This document shows positions 14,764-23,954 of a stretch of DNA of 32,000 nt, piece after piece. The first letter of the stretch is position 1; each line of letters begins with the position of its first letter. The DNA comes from Phycisphaera mikurensis NBRC 102666 (lineage in GTDB: Bacteria; Planctomycetota; Phycisphaerae; Phycisphaerales; Phycisphaeraceae): assembly GCF_000284115.1 (NCBI RefSeq), contig NC_017080.1:1650001-1682000 (forward strand). Direction: 5' to 3'. A program made the translations under genes and the position numbers. The notes below the pieces were generated by a model. That model ran no database searches and was not told the origin of the DNA. It saw only the letters and a program-made list of their open reading frames with translations.

Positions 14764-16737
14764 TCAGCCCTCGTCGGTGAAGCCGAGCCGCTCCCGGAGC
14801 GCGGCTTCGGAGACCGGATCCTCGTCCTCCTCGGCGATCAGCACCCGGTCGAGCCCGGTGAGCACGCCCGAAGCCACCGCCGAGCGGAGGTCCGCCCGCG
14901 TGGGCCGCTCCAGCGCGTCGATGCGCAGGATGCCCAGGGCCATGCGGCCGTCGATCCCCGCCGCGACCAGCCGCTCCGCGGCGGGCAGCGCCTCGACGTC
15001 GGCGTCGGCGGGCAGGCCGGCGACGGCCTCGAAGGCGGCGTCCACGAGCGCCGGGGCGCGGCCCGCCTCGGGGAGGGTGGGGGCCGCCGGGCGCCCGTCG
15101 AGGGTGCGGCGGGTGCGACGCGGGAAGGGGGGCGCATCGACGATGGAGCGGGCGTCCAGCGCGTCGATGCCATCGCTCGCGGCTTGGGCGAGCAGGGCGT
15201 CGCGTCGGCCGAGCAACGACTCGTACGCCGACACCCGCGCCGCGTCGGAAGCGACCTCCTCCCGAACCGCTTCCAGCGACTCCGGCTCGTGAGCCGCGTC
15301 GGCCGCCGTGATGCGGACCAGGTGCAGCGAGCCGTCGCGGAAGTCGGTGAGCAGCGGCATGGCCACGCCGACCTGCACGGGGACGAGGCTCACCTCCGGC
15401 AGCAGCTCGTCGCCCGCCGCGGCGGGGTCGGCGGGTGCTTCCGGGCCGAAGGCGGGCAGCTCCATCAGCAGCGACGCGAAGGGCAGCCGAAGCTCCGGCA
15501 GCCCGGCGGTGGCCAGGCCCTCCAGTGCGGCGGCGTCCTCCACGGGGATCAGCCGGTCGGTGCGGCGGGTGAGGCGGGGCTCCACGCCGGTGGACGCGCG
15601 GACGAGCTCCGCGAGCTCCTCTAGGGCGGGCGCGTTGTAGGCGACGCCCGGCCCGAGCTCGAGCCGCCCGTCCGGGGCGGTGGGGATGCCGCGGCGTGCC
15701 GCCTCCAGCTCGCCGCGCAGCAGGTTCGCGGCGTCGCGGAGCTTGGCGTCGGCCCGGCGTTCGAGCAGGCGTGACTCCACCTCGAGGCGCTGGGCTTCGG
15801 TGGGGGTGGCGCCGGGGTTGTCGCGGCGGAAGGCCTCGAGCACGTCCACCGTGCCCACCTCCACCGTGTCACGGACCGCCTGCATGGGCACCGAGAGCGC
15901 CTCCAGGCTCACCCGGTCGGGCACGCGGTAGCCGAAGGGGTAGGGCGAGCCGCGGCCGGGGAGGAAGCTGCTGTACTCGGCGAAGAGACGCTGCAGCTGC
16001 GCCTCGCTCACGCCGGCCCGCGCCGCGTCGTCGACCTCGGGCTCGAGCACGGCGAGCCGCCCGCTCACCCGCTCCGCCTCGTCGTGCAGCACCGCCTCGA
16101 CGAAGGGCGGCGAGAGCCGGCCGGTGCCGCCGATGCTGTTGGCAAACTGCTGCTCGAGCTGCCGCTGGAAGGCCGGGCCGAACTGCTGAGCCTGCTCGGA
16201 GCGGAGGAAGTTCTGCGCCTCGTTGAGCATCTGCAGGGCCACCAGCCCCGGGGACGACGAGAGCGTGGCGCCGGTGGAGTCGAAGCGGTGGCCGCTGGCG
16301 AGCATGCGGTACCGCTCCGCCACCAGGAAGTCGCGCATCACCGAGCGCAGGTCGTCCACCCGCAGGCCCAAACGCTCGGCCGCCTCGGCCGCTGCGTCGG
16401 TGTTGGGGTCGATGCCCCGCGACGCGAGGGCCTGGCTCACCTCCACGTCGGAGGCGCCCAGGCCCGCCGCCTCGGCGTCGCGGAGCATCAGGAACCACTG
16501 CTCGCGCTCGTAGTTGGCGAGCCCGCCGAGCCCGAGCCGCTGGAGGATCTCGAGGCCGCGGCTCGCCGCCGCCAGCTCGCTGGAGGTCACGCCCTCGTCC
16601 CCGATGCTGCCGACCACCCGGTCACCGGGCTTGGGGCTGAACTGCTGGATCGCCTGCGGGATCAGGAACGCGACCATCAGGACCGCGCAGCCGATCACCA
16701 GGATGAACTTGTTGTACTTGCGGAACCATCGGAGCAT
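14764..16737 (-). CDS. Membrane-anchored PpiD/SurA-N-like periplasmic chaperone (putative)
   Basis: 657 aa. N-terminus MLRWFRKYNKFILVIGCAVLMVAFLIP is typical of PpiD-type single-pass anchors, followed by a long helical region. No clear parvulin motif was seen by eye. Confidence 0.45.
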   Translation of the reverse strand: MLRWFRKYNKFILVIGCAVLMVAFLIPQAIQQFSPKPGDRVVGSIGDEGVTSSELAAASRGLEILQRLGLGGLANYEREQWFLMLRDAEAAGLGASDVEVSQALASRGIDPNTDAAAEAAERLGLRVDDLRSVMRDFLVAERYRMLASGHRFDSTGATLSSSPGLVALQMLNEAQNFLRSEQAQQFGPAFQRQLEQQFANSIGGTGRLSPPFVEAVLHDEAERVSGRLAVLEPEVDDAARAGVSEAQLQRLFAEYSSFLPGRGSPYPFGYRVPDRVSLEALSVPMQAVRDTVEVGTVDVLEAFRRDNPGATPTEAQRLEVESRLLERRADAKLRDAANLLRGELEAARRGIPTAPDGRLELGPGVAYNAPALEELAELVRASTGVEPRLTRRTDRLIPVEDAAALEGLATAGLPELRLPFASLLMELPAFGPEAPADPAAAGDELLPEVSLVPVQVGVAMPLLTDFRDGSLHLVRITAADAAHEPESLEAVREEVASDAARVSAYESLLGRRDALLAQAASDGIDALDARSIVDAPPFPRRTRRTLDGRPAAPTLPEAGRAPALVDAAFEAVAGLPADADVEALPAAERLVAAGIDGRMALGILRIDALERPTRADLRSAVASGVLTGLDRVLIAEEDEDPVSEAALRERLGFTDEG

Positions 16738-16892
16738 GTCCGCGAGACGGTACCGATTCTCCGGCGCGACACCCGGCCGCGGAGCCGGTGCGGAGGAGCC
16801 GGGCGGCGGCTAAGCGTCGCCTTGAGTCGGCAAGAAGAGCCCGCGGAACCTCCGGCTCCGCCGTCTTCGCCGCGCGAGCGGCCGGGGGCCGT

Positions 16893-17738
16893 TCACTCCC
16901 CGGGGACGTAGGAGATGACGCCGTCCCACGGGCTGCTGGCGGTGGCGTAGAGCCTGCGGGGGATGCGGCCGGCGAGGTAGCTGTTGCGGCCGGCGGCGGT
17001 GGCGTCGCGCATCGCGCGGGCCATCCGGACGGGGTCGGCGGCGTGGGCGATGGCGGTGTTGAGCAGCACGCCGTCGGCGCCGAGCTCCATGGCGACCGCG
17101 ACGTCGGAGGCGCAGCCGACGCCGGCGTCGACGATGACGGGGTAGCCCGGATCGCCGTCCTTGAGCATCTCCAGGATGATCGCGATCGCGTTGCGGTTGA
17201 GCACGCCCTGGCCCGAGCCGATGGGCGAGCCGGCGGGCATCACGGCCGCGGCGCCGGCGGCCTTGAGCCGATTCGCCATCACCGGATCGTCGCTGGTGTA
17301 GACGAGCACCGCGAAGCCGTCGGCGACCAGCTGCTCGGTGGCCCGCAGCGTGCCGACGGGGTCGGGCAGCAGCGTCTTCTTGTCGGAGAGGACTTCCAGC
17401 TTCACCCAGTCCTTGCCCGGGTGATCCAGCTGATCGAGCAGCTCGCGGCCGAGGCGGGCGACGCGGACGGCGTCGTCGGCGTCGAAGCAGCCGGCGGTGT
17501 TGGGCAGCACGGTGTACCGGCCGAGGTCGAGGTGGTCGAGCAGCGACGCGCCGGCCTCGTTGACCAGCCGCTCGCGGCGGACCGCGACGGTGACGACGTC
17601 GCAGCCGGAGGCGTCGAGCGCAGCGGCCATCCGCTCGAAGGTGTCGTACTTGCCGGTCCCCACGATCAGGCGGCTGGCGAAGCCGTGGAAGCCGGCTCTA
17701 AGCGGCCGGTCGGCGGGCAGGGTCTGCGTGTCGCTCAT
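16893..17738 (-). CDS. thiG: Thiazole synthase
   Basis: 281 aa from the internal ATG (MSDTQTL...LIVGTGKY...VTVAVRR...LPNTAGC...VKLEVL...[13 protein letters not shown]...VIVDAGVG). Confidence 0.9.
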   Translation of the reverse strand: MSDTQTLPADRPLRAGFHGFASRLIVGTGKYDTFERMAAALDASGCDVVTVAVRRERLVNEAGASLLDHLDLGRYTVLPNTAGCFDADDAVRVARLGRELLDQLDHPGKDWVKLEVLSDKKTLLPDPVGTLRATEQLVADGFAVLVYTSDDPVMANRLKAAGAAAVMPAGSPIGSGQGVLNRNAIAIILEMLKDGDPGYPVIVDAGVGCASDVAVAMELGADGVLLNTAIAHAADPVRMARAMRDATAAGRNSYLAGRIPRRLYATASSPWDGVISYVPGE

Positions 17739-17743
17739 GGTGT

Positions 17744-17944
17744 TCAGCCGCCGCCGACGAGGGTGACCAGCTCGATCGTGTCGTTCTCCGCGAGGGCCGT
17801 CTCGGCGTGCTCCCGCTTGGGGACGACGGCCCCGTTGCGCTCCGCGGCGACGGGCTTGCCCGCAAGGCCGAGATCGGCGACGAGGTCGGCCAGCGTGGCG
17901 GCCCGCGAGTCGCGGGGGGTTCCGTTGACGGTCAGGCGGGGCAT
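17744..17944 (-). CDS. thiS: Sulfur carrier protein ThiS
   Basis: 66 aa, MPRLTVNG...[10 protein letters not shown] with a C-terminal GG. Located 5 nt upstream of thiG. Confidence 0.85.
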   Translation of the reverse strand: MPRLTVNGTPRDSRAATLADLVADLGLAGKPVAAERNGAVVPKREHAETALAENDTIELVTLVGGG

Positions 17945-17990
17945 GGGCGCATCGTAGAGCCGCGCGATCCGGCCTCCGTACCCTCTCCCG

Positions 17991-18737
17991 ATGAACGCCG
18001 CGGCCGACACGACCGAACAGCCGACCGAGGAGGGCCGCCGCAGGCGGGCGATCGCCGAGAAGCTCCACAAGAAGATGGAGGAGCAGAGCACCGGGAAGCT
18101 CTACGACCTCTGGGCCGGCGTCTACGACCACACCTTCGGGGCGCTGGTCCACCGCCGGCAGACCCGGGCGATCCAGGAGCTCCGGGCCAAGCCCGGCGAG
18201 CGGGTGCTGGATCTGGGCGTGGGCACGGGGCTGTCGCTGGTGAAGTACCCGGCGGGCACGGAGGTGGTCGGGGTGGACCTCTCGATGGGGATGCTGGACA
18301 AGGCCCGCAACCGGCTGCGCGAGTGCGCGTCGAGGGGCCGCGGCTCGGTGACGCTCGCCCAGGCCGACGCGATGAACACGCCTTTCGCCGACGGCAGCTT
18401 CGACCACGTCATGATCAGCCACGTGATCTCGGTGGTGAGCGACCCGAACCGGCTGCTCCAAGAGGCGAAGCGGATCCTGAAGCCCGGGGGTCGGATCGTG
18501 GTGCTCAACCACTTCCAGAGCGCGTCCCCGGCGTTGGCGCTCGCCGAGGGCGTGCTGAATCCGGTCTTCGTCAAGATCGGCTGGCGCAGCGACCTCACGC
18601 TCGAGGAGTGCATCGCCGGGCTCAACCTCGGCGTGAAGTACCACTTCAAGCTGTCGGCGGTGGACTTCTGGCAGATCGTCGTGCTCGGAGATGCCGGGAG
18701 CCCGACCGGGACGGCGCGCGAAGAAGAGAGCCGCTGA
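17991..18737 (+). CDS. Class I SAM-dependent methyltransferase (PmtA-like)
   Basis: 248 aa. Motif [10 protein letters not shown] and post-I/II blocks [15 protein letters not shown] and [13 protein letters not shown]. Confidence 0.7.
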   Translation: MNAAADTTEQPTEEGRRRRAIAEKLHKKMEEQSTGKLYDLWAGVYDHTFGALVHRRQTRAIQELRAKPGERVLDLGVGTGLSLVKYPAGTEVVGVDLSMGMLDKARNRLRECASRGRGSVTLAQADAMNTPFADGSFDHVMISHVISVVSDPNRLLQEAKRILKPGGRIVVLNHFQSASPALALAEGVLNPVFVKIGWRSDLTLEECIAGLNLGVKYHFKLSAVDFWQIVVLGDAGSPTGTAREEESR

Positions 18738-18803
18738 GAGAGGAAGGACCTCAGCGACCGCCGCCGCCGGCGGCGCCCCCGCTCTGGCTCCTGCCTGGGT
18801 CGC

Positions 18804-19685
18804 TCACGCTCTTGCTTGCTCCCTTGCCCGCTCATCGGGCGCAGCGGCCACGCCTCCGTCCCACCCCAGCAGCTCCGCCCGCGCCCGCAGCCACGCCGCC
18901 TGGTCGCTGCGCCCCGTCGCTTCCGCCGCCTGCGCCAGCATCGCGTGCACCTCGCCGCAGGCCCGGGCGGGCAGCAGCTCGGCGAGCGCGACCCGCTGGC
19001 GGAGGTTCACCAGCGCGGCGGCGGGCTGGCCGATGGCCAGCTCGTAGCGGAGCTGGAGGATCAGCCGCTGCATCGACTGCGGGAGCTTCAGCTCGAGGCC
19101 CGCGAGGGCGACCAGCGGGCCCCACGCCTCGGCCGGGCGGCCGGTCTCCAGCAGGCTCTCCACGAGCATGAGCAGCACGTCGGGCCGGGCGGCCTCGGCC
19201 GGCCCCATCGGGCGGGCGAGCACGGAGGCGCAGAGGTCGGCGGCCTCGGCGTGGCGGCCCTGTGCGTGGCGGATGGTCGCCCAGACCTGATAGATCGACA
19301 GCCGCACCCAGCCCAGCAGCGCTCGGCGGCCGAGCAGCTCGCGCAGCGCCGCCTCGGACTCCCGGAACAGCGGCGGCCGCTGCTGCACGAGCGGAAGCAG
19401 GGCCCGGGCCGAGGTCGCGGCCCGAGCGTTCAGGAAGCCGAAGCCCAGCCACGCGGCGACGACGCAGATCCCGGCGAAGAGCCCGAAGAGCGGACCGCCG
19501 AAGCCCACGCTCGCCAGCGCCACCAGCACCACCACCAAGCCGAAGGTCGAGCGGCGGAGCAGCGCGTCGAAGCCGAGCTCGCGGTCGAGGCGGGCCGGCC
19601 GGAAGCGCGGCAGCGGGTCGGCGTCGACGCTGCGGCGGCGGTCGGCGGGCTCGACGGCGGCGTCGCGGGCGGGGTTGTCGCTCAC
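18804..19685 (-). CDS. Membrane protein with two TM helices and a helical-repeat (TPR-like) C-terminal region, hypothetical
   Basis: 293 aa from a GTG that overlaps the upstream stop (GTGA at 19682-19685). TM pair FGLVVVLVALASVGFGG / LFGLFAGICVVAAWLGFGF, then Leu/Ala-rich helical repeats. Confidence 0.5.
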   Translation of the reverse strand: MSDNPARDAAVEPADRRRSVDADPLPRFRPARLDRELGFDALLRRSTFGLVVVLVALASVGFGGPLFGLFAGICVVAAWLGFGFLNARAATSARALLPLVQQRPPLFRESEAALRELLGRRALLGWVRLSIYQVWATIRHAQGRHAEAADLCASVLARPMGPAEAARPDVLLMLVESLLETGRPAEAWGPLVALAGLELKLPQSMQRLILQLRYELAIGQPAAALVNLRQRVALAELLPARACGEVHAMLAQAAEATGRSDQAAWLRARAELLGWDGGVAAAPDERAREQARA

Positions 19686-20692
19686 GTCGGGAGCCCCCCG
19701 GTGGCGGGGCAGCGCTCGGCGACCTCGGCCAGCCGTGGGAAGCGGTGCACCAGGGCGGGCGCGGGGATCAGCCGGGTGGCCACCGCCCACGCCGCCGCGG
19801 CGTCCTCGGCTCGGTGCAGCTTGAGGTGGCACCACGCGAGGAGCCCGTGCGCGAAGCCGGCGTCGACGCCGAGCGGCCGGAACGCGGCCACGGCCCCGCC
19901 GGCGGACTCCGCGTCGGCGACGGCGTCGGCGGCGTGCCACGTCGACACCGACTGCACGAGCTGCGCGACGCGGACCGCGGCGTGCGCGTGCTCCTCGGCC
20001 GCGCGGTCCGCGGGCGGGAACGGACGGCCGACGCGGCGGTCGTCGCCGGCGTGTCCTGCTTGGGGGTCTTCCCCGGCCGGCTCCACCGGCTCCACCGGCT
20101 CCCGCTTCTCGAGCAGCCCGCGCAGCCGGCCGAGCGTGGCGTCGCCGTCGGCGAGGCGGTCGCTCTCGAACTCCGCGATCGACCGGTGCAGCAGCGCCGA
20201 GGCGCGGGCGGGATGGTGCGGGGGCAGCCGCTCCAGCAGCGCCTCGGTGGCCACCAGCGTCGCCTCCTGGTGCCGCAGCGTCTGCAGGGCCTGCGCCATC
20301 ACGTGCAGGCACCCGGCCGAGGCGGCGGGCTCGTGCACCGTGTCGTCGAGCCACGCGTCGGCCGCGTGGTACGCCGCCGCCGGCCGCCGCGTGCGCAGCA
20401 GCGTTTCCGCTTGCTCCAGCCCCTCGCCCACCCGGCGCGACTGCCGGGCCCGCCGCACCGCGAGCAGGGCGATCCCGCCGAGCACGAGCCACGGCGCGAG
20501 CGTCCCGATCAGCGGCGGGCCGGCCAGCGCCGCCAGCAGCGCGAGCCCGACGGCCGCGATCGGCAGGGCCCGGCGGGAGGCCGGGACCGGGTGCGGCTGG
20601 GTCTCCTCCAGCCGCTCCCGGAGCCCGTCGGCGTCGGGTAGCGTCGTCCGCGGGGCCGCGCCTTTCTCGTGGGGGTTGCGCGTCAAGTCCAC
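19682..20692 (-). CDS. Membrane protein with two TM helices and a helical C-terminal region, hypothetical
   Basis: 336 aa, GTG start. TM pair LPIAAVGLALLAALAG / LAPWLVLGGIALLAV. Contains an EPVEPVEPAG repeat encoded by a 9-nt tandem at about 20084-20105. Confidence 0.5.
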   Translation of the reverse strand: MDLTRNPHEKGAAPRTTLPDADGLRERLEETQPHPVPASRRALPIAAVGLALLAALAGPPLIGTLAPWLVLGGIALLAVRRARQSRRVGEGLEQAETLLRTRRPAAAYHAADAWLDDTVHEPAASAGCLHVMAQALQTLRHQEATLVATEALLERLPPHHPARASALLHRSIAEFESDRLADGDATLGRLRGLLEKREPVEPVEPAGEDPQAGHAGDDRRVGRPFPPADRAAEEHAHAAVRVAQLVQSVSTWHAADAVADAESAGGAVAAFRPLGVDAGFAHGLLAWCHLKLHRAEDAAAAWAVATRLIPAPALVHRFPRLAEVAERCPATGGLPT

Positions 20693-20727
20693 AGGTTAGA
20701 GCCCGCCGGGATCCCGTTGCCGCCGCC

Positions 20728-21222
20728 ATGCCGATCCACCTGATCTACGCCCGCTCTCTGGACCACTGCATCGGCCGCGACGGCGGCCTGCCGTGGCGGC
20801 TGCCCGCGGACTTCCGGCACTTCAAGCGGACGACGCTGGGCCACCCGATCGTGATGGGCCGCAAGACCTACGGCGACCACCAGAGCGTGCTGCCCGGCCG
20901 CACCAACGTCGTCCTCAGCCGCGACCCCGGCTTCCGCGGGGCCGACGGCATCGTGGTCCGCCACGACCTCGAAGCCGCGCTGGACGAGTACGGCGCCGGC
21001 GGCCGCCTCGCCTTCGTCATCGGCGGCGCCGGCGTCTTCTCCGCCGCCTTCCCCCGCGCCGAGGCGGTGATCGAGACGATCGTGCGGACCGAGGTCCCCG
21101 AGGGCGACGTCCGCGTGGAAGCCTTCGACTTCGCCGGCTGGCGGAGCGAGAAGATCCTCGAGCACGGCGCAGACGAGCGGCACGCATTCGCCTTCGAGGT
21201 TTGGGAGCGGAAGAGGCCCTGA
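20728..21222 (+). CDS. folA: Dihydrofolate reductase
   Basis: 164 aa. IGRDGGLPWRLPADFRHFKRTTLGHPIVMGRKTY...RTNVVLSR matches DHFR motifs. Confidence 0.9.
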   Translation: MPIHLIYARSLDHCIGRDGGLPWRLPADFRHFKRTTLGHPIVMGRKTYGDHQSVLPGRTNVVLSRDPGFRGADGIVVRHDLEAALDEYGAGGRLAFVIGGAGVFSAAFPRAEAVIETIVRTEVPEGDVRVEAFDFAGWRSEKILEHGADERHAFAFEVWERKRP

Positions 21223-21315
21223 GCGGCGGCGGCCGGGATCAGGAGGCGGATCGAAAGCCGAAGCGCAAGAGGACCACCACGGCCCACCCGCGGCGGCGCC
21301 CGCGCCCCCGCTCCT

Positions 21316-21439
21316 TCACCTCCTCACCTCCTCACCTCCTCACCTCCTCACCTCCTCACCTCCTCACTTCTCCGCTTCTTCACTTCTTCGCTTCCCCGCT
21401 TCTTCGCTTGCTCCCGCCCGCCCGCCCGCCCCGCCCCCC
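21316..21439. repeat. 8-nt-periodic polypyrimidine array (TCACCTCC x6 plus six degenerate units) followed by a (CCCG)n tract
   Basis: Perfect TCACCTCC units at 21316, 21324, 21332, 21340, 21348, 21356. In-phase units TCACTTCT/CCGCTTCT/TCGCTTCC run to 21411. C-runs span 21413-21439. The array ends 17 nt before the polX ATG. Confidence 0.95.
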
Positions 21440-21456
21440 GCTCGTAGCCTCGCCCG

Positions 21457-23250
21457 ATGCCCAGCACCAACGCGTCGCTCACCGCCGTCTTCGAAGACAT
21501 GGCCCGGCTCACCGAGGTGCTCGGCGGCAACGGCTTCAAGGTCAACGCCTTCGTGAAGGCGGCGCGGGTGGTGGAGGCGCTGGAGCGGGACGCCGCTTCC
21601 TTCAGCCGGTCCGAGCTGGTCGCGCTGCCGGGCGTGGGCACGGGCACGGCCGACCGGATCCTCGAGTTCGTCGAAAGCGGGGCGGTCGCCGACCACGAGG
21701 ACCTCAAGGAGCGCGTCCCCGCCGGCGTCGTCGCGCTGATGGGGATCTCGGGCATCGGGCCCAAGTCGGCGGCGCGCTTCTGGCACGAGGCGGAGGTCGA
21801 GTCGATCGACGACCTCAAAGCGGCGATCGACGACGGCCGCCTGGCGGCGCTGAAGGGCTTCGGGCAGAAGAAGATCGACGGCATCGCGAAGTCGCTCGCC
21901 TTCGCCGAGAGGTTCGGCGACCGCCACCGCCGCGGCGTCGCGGCGGCGCTGGCGGGAGCCGTGGCCGAGGCCGTGGCCGGCGTCGAGGGCGTCCGCCGGG
22001 TGGAGGCCGCGGGATCGCTGCGACGCGGGGCCGAGACGATCGGCGACGTCGACGTGCTCGCCGCGGTTCCCGGACCCGGCCCCTCGGCGGAGGACCCCAC
22101 GCCCGCGCCCGACCCCGGCGTCACCGCCGCGGTCTTCGATGCGGTCGAGAAGCTCGACGGCGTCGAAGAGGTCCTCGTCCGCGGCGACACCAAGCTGTCC
22201 GTCCGCTTCGGAGCCGGCCTGCAGGCCGACGTGCGGGCCGTGCCCGCCGCCTGCTTCGGGGCGGCGCTGGCGTACTTCACCGGGTCCAAGGAGCACAACG
22301 TCGCGCTGCGCGAGCGGGCGGGCAAGCGGGGGATGAGCCTCAGCGAGTACGCGCTGACGGACAAGCGGGGCGGGGCGGTCGTCGCCTCGGCCACCGAGGC
22401 GGAGATCCACGGAGCCCTCGGCCTCGCCTTCGTGCCGCCCGAGCTGCGGGAGGACCGCGGCGAGGTGCAGCGTGCGGAGGCGGCCCACGACGCCGGCGAG
22501 CCGCTGCCGCGGCTCGTCGAGACGGCCGACCTCAAAGCCGAGCTGCACGCCCACACGACCGCGTCCGACGGCGTCATGAGCATCGACGAGCTGGTCGAGG
22601 CGGCGCTGGCCCGCGGCTTCCACTCGGTCGCCGTCACCGATCACTCGCGGAGCCAGGTGCAGGCCAACGGCCTCTCCGCGGGCCGGCTGGAGAAGCACAT
22701 CGAGGCGGTGCGGGACGCGGCGAAACGCTGGAAGAAGCAGATCAGCGTGCTCGCCGGCAGCGAGGTCGACATCCTCGCCGACGGCACGATGGACTACCCC
22801 GACGACCTGCTCGCGGAGCTGGACGTCGTCGTGGCCAGCCCCCACGCCGCGCTCGCGCAGGAGCCGGAGGCCGCGACGAGGCGGCTGCTGCGCGCCATCG
22901 AGAACCCGCACGTCACGGTGATGGGCCACCTCACCGGCAGGCTCGTGCTCAAGCGTGAGGGCCTCTCGCCGGACATGCCGGCGATCGTGAAGGCGGCGGC
23001 CGACCGCGGCGTCGCTCTGGAGATCAACGCCAGCCCCTACCGCCTCGACCTCCGCGACCGCCACGCCGCCCTCGCGCTGGAGGCCGGCGTCCGGCTCGCG
23101 ATCAACACCGACGCCCACGGCCCCGACAACTTCCTCAACGCCGTGCACGGCGTGGCGACGGCGCGGCGGGCGGGAGCGCAGGCCCGCGACGTCGTCAACA
23201 CCTTCGGCCGGGAAGAGCTGGCGGCGTGGATCCGGTCGACGAAGCGTTAG
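21457..23250 (+). CDS. polX: Family X DNA polymerase with C-terminal PHP domain (PolX)
   Basis: 597 aa. HhH motifs (LPGVGTGTADRI, ISGIGPKSAARF), a nucleotidyltransferase block (GSLRRGAETIGDVDVLA), and a PHP domain (LHAHTTASDGV...VAVTDHS...NTDAH). Confidence 0.88.
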   Translation: MPSTNASLTAVFEDMARLTEVLGGNGFKVNAFVKAARVVEALERDAASFSRSELVALPGVGTGTADRILEFVESGAVADHEDLKERVPAGVVALMGISGIGPKSAARFWHEAEVESIDDLKAAIDDGRLAALKGFGQKKIDGIAKSLAFAERFGDRHRRGVAAALAGAVAEAVAGVEGVRRVEAAGSLRRGAETIGDVDVLAAVPGPGPSAEDPTPAPDPGVTAAVFDAVEKLDGVEEVLVRGDTKLSVRFGAGLQADVRAVPAACFGAALAYFTGSKEHNVALRERAGKRGMSLSEYALTDKRGGAVVASATEAEIHGALGLAFVPPELREDRGEVQRAEAAHDAGEPLPRLVETADLKAELHAHTTASDGVMSIDELVEAALARGFHSVAVTDHSRSQVQANGLSAGRLEKHIEAVRDAAKRWKKQISVLAGSEVDILADGTMDYPDDLLAELDVVVASPHAALAQEPEAATRRLLRAIENPHVTVMGHLTGRLVLKREGLSPDMPAIVKAAADRGVALEINASPYRLDLRDRHAALALEAGVRLAINTDAHGPDNFLNAVHGVATARRAGAQARDVVNTFGREELAAWIRSTKR

Positions 23251-23350
23251 CGCCCCGCCCGCTCGGGGTCGACCTTTTGGCCCCTGCATGCGATTCTCTC
23301 CACCCCCGAGCGGGCTGGACCTTCAACAGGCTTTCCGAACCCGGCCGATG

Positions 23351-23460
23351 CCCGGGTGCCACGCCGCTCGCGGGGTGGGTGCCCGCGGGACACGCGGCCG
23401 ATCCGCGATCCGCTCGCGTCGCCTCCGGCGACCGCCACCCCGCAAGCGGCGTGGCACCGA
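23351..23460. repeat. About 110-bp element with terminal inverted repeats, copy 2
   Basis: GGTGCCACGCCGCTCGCGGGGTGG (from 23355) pairs with CCACCCCGCAAGCGGCGTGGCACC (ending 23459), giving a 24-bp stem with one mismatch. An inner GTCGCC-TCCG-GCGAC hairpin is present. Confidence 0.75.
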
Positions 23461-23501
23461 GGCTGCCGAGCACCCGGCCGCAAGAGACGCGTCGCCGCGG
23501 A

Positions 23502-23879
23502 TCAGAGCCCGCTGTCGACGCGGAGCCGGATCCGCCGCAGGGCGGGGCCGCGGTTGGCTTTGATGATCTCGACGCGGAGGCCGCCGCGGAGCAAGCGGTC
23601 CAGCACGTCCAGCGTCGCCGAGGAGTCGACCGCCACGCTCAGCGTCCCGCGGGTGAGGCTCTCGAGGCGGGTGCGGCCGGCGACCGCCGGCGGGACGAGC
23701 TCGTTCCACACCCCGACGAGGCCGGCGAGCTGCTTGTGCGGCCGGGCGACCTCGCGCTGGAAGGCCGCCGCCAGGAAGCCGAGGGACTCGTCCCGCTCCG
23801 GCCGGACCCGGAAGCCCCGCACCCGCTGCAGCCGCTCCTCGGGGTCGCGCGGGCCGAAGGAAGCGAGGGGGCCGGGCAT
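23502..23879 (-). CDS. DUF721 domain protein (DciA-like)
   Basis: 125 aa. VWNELVPPAVAGRTRLESLTRGTLSVAVDSSATLDVLDRL...LRRIRLRV follows the DUF721 pattern (W..vvG......t.p..l..g.L.v.v.ss.w..el). Confidence 0.55.
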   Translation of the reverse strand: MPGPLASFGPRDPEERLQRVRGFRVRPERDESLGFLAAAFQREVARPHKQLAGLVGVWNELVPPAVAGRTRLESLTRGTLSVAVDSSATLDVLDRLLRGGLRVEIIKANRGPALRRIRLRVDSGL

Positions 23880-23954
23880 GGCCGGAGCCTAATCCGCGGA
23901 CCGCGGCTCCCGAGACGACCAAACGGCAACGGTCCGCGGCGTTAGCCTCGCGGG

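Noticed and set aside
17945-17990. TPP riboswitch upstream of thiS-thiG
   Set aside because: Only 46 bp separate thiS from the divergent methyltransferase start, which is too short for the ~100-nt THI element. No CUGAGA/ACCUGA core was seen.
20793-23289. Long ORFs 20793..22958 plus, 21364..23289 minus and 21348..22637 minus overlapping folA and polX
   Set aside because: They are off-frame or antisense to well-supported folA and polX and have low-complexity composition.
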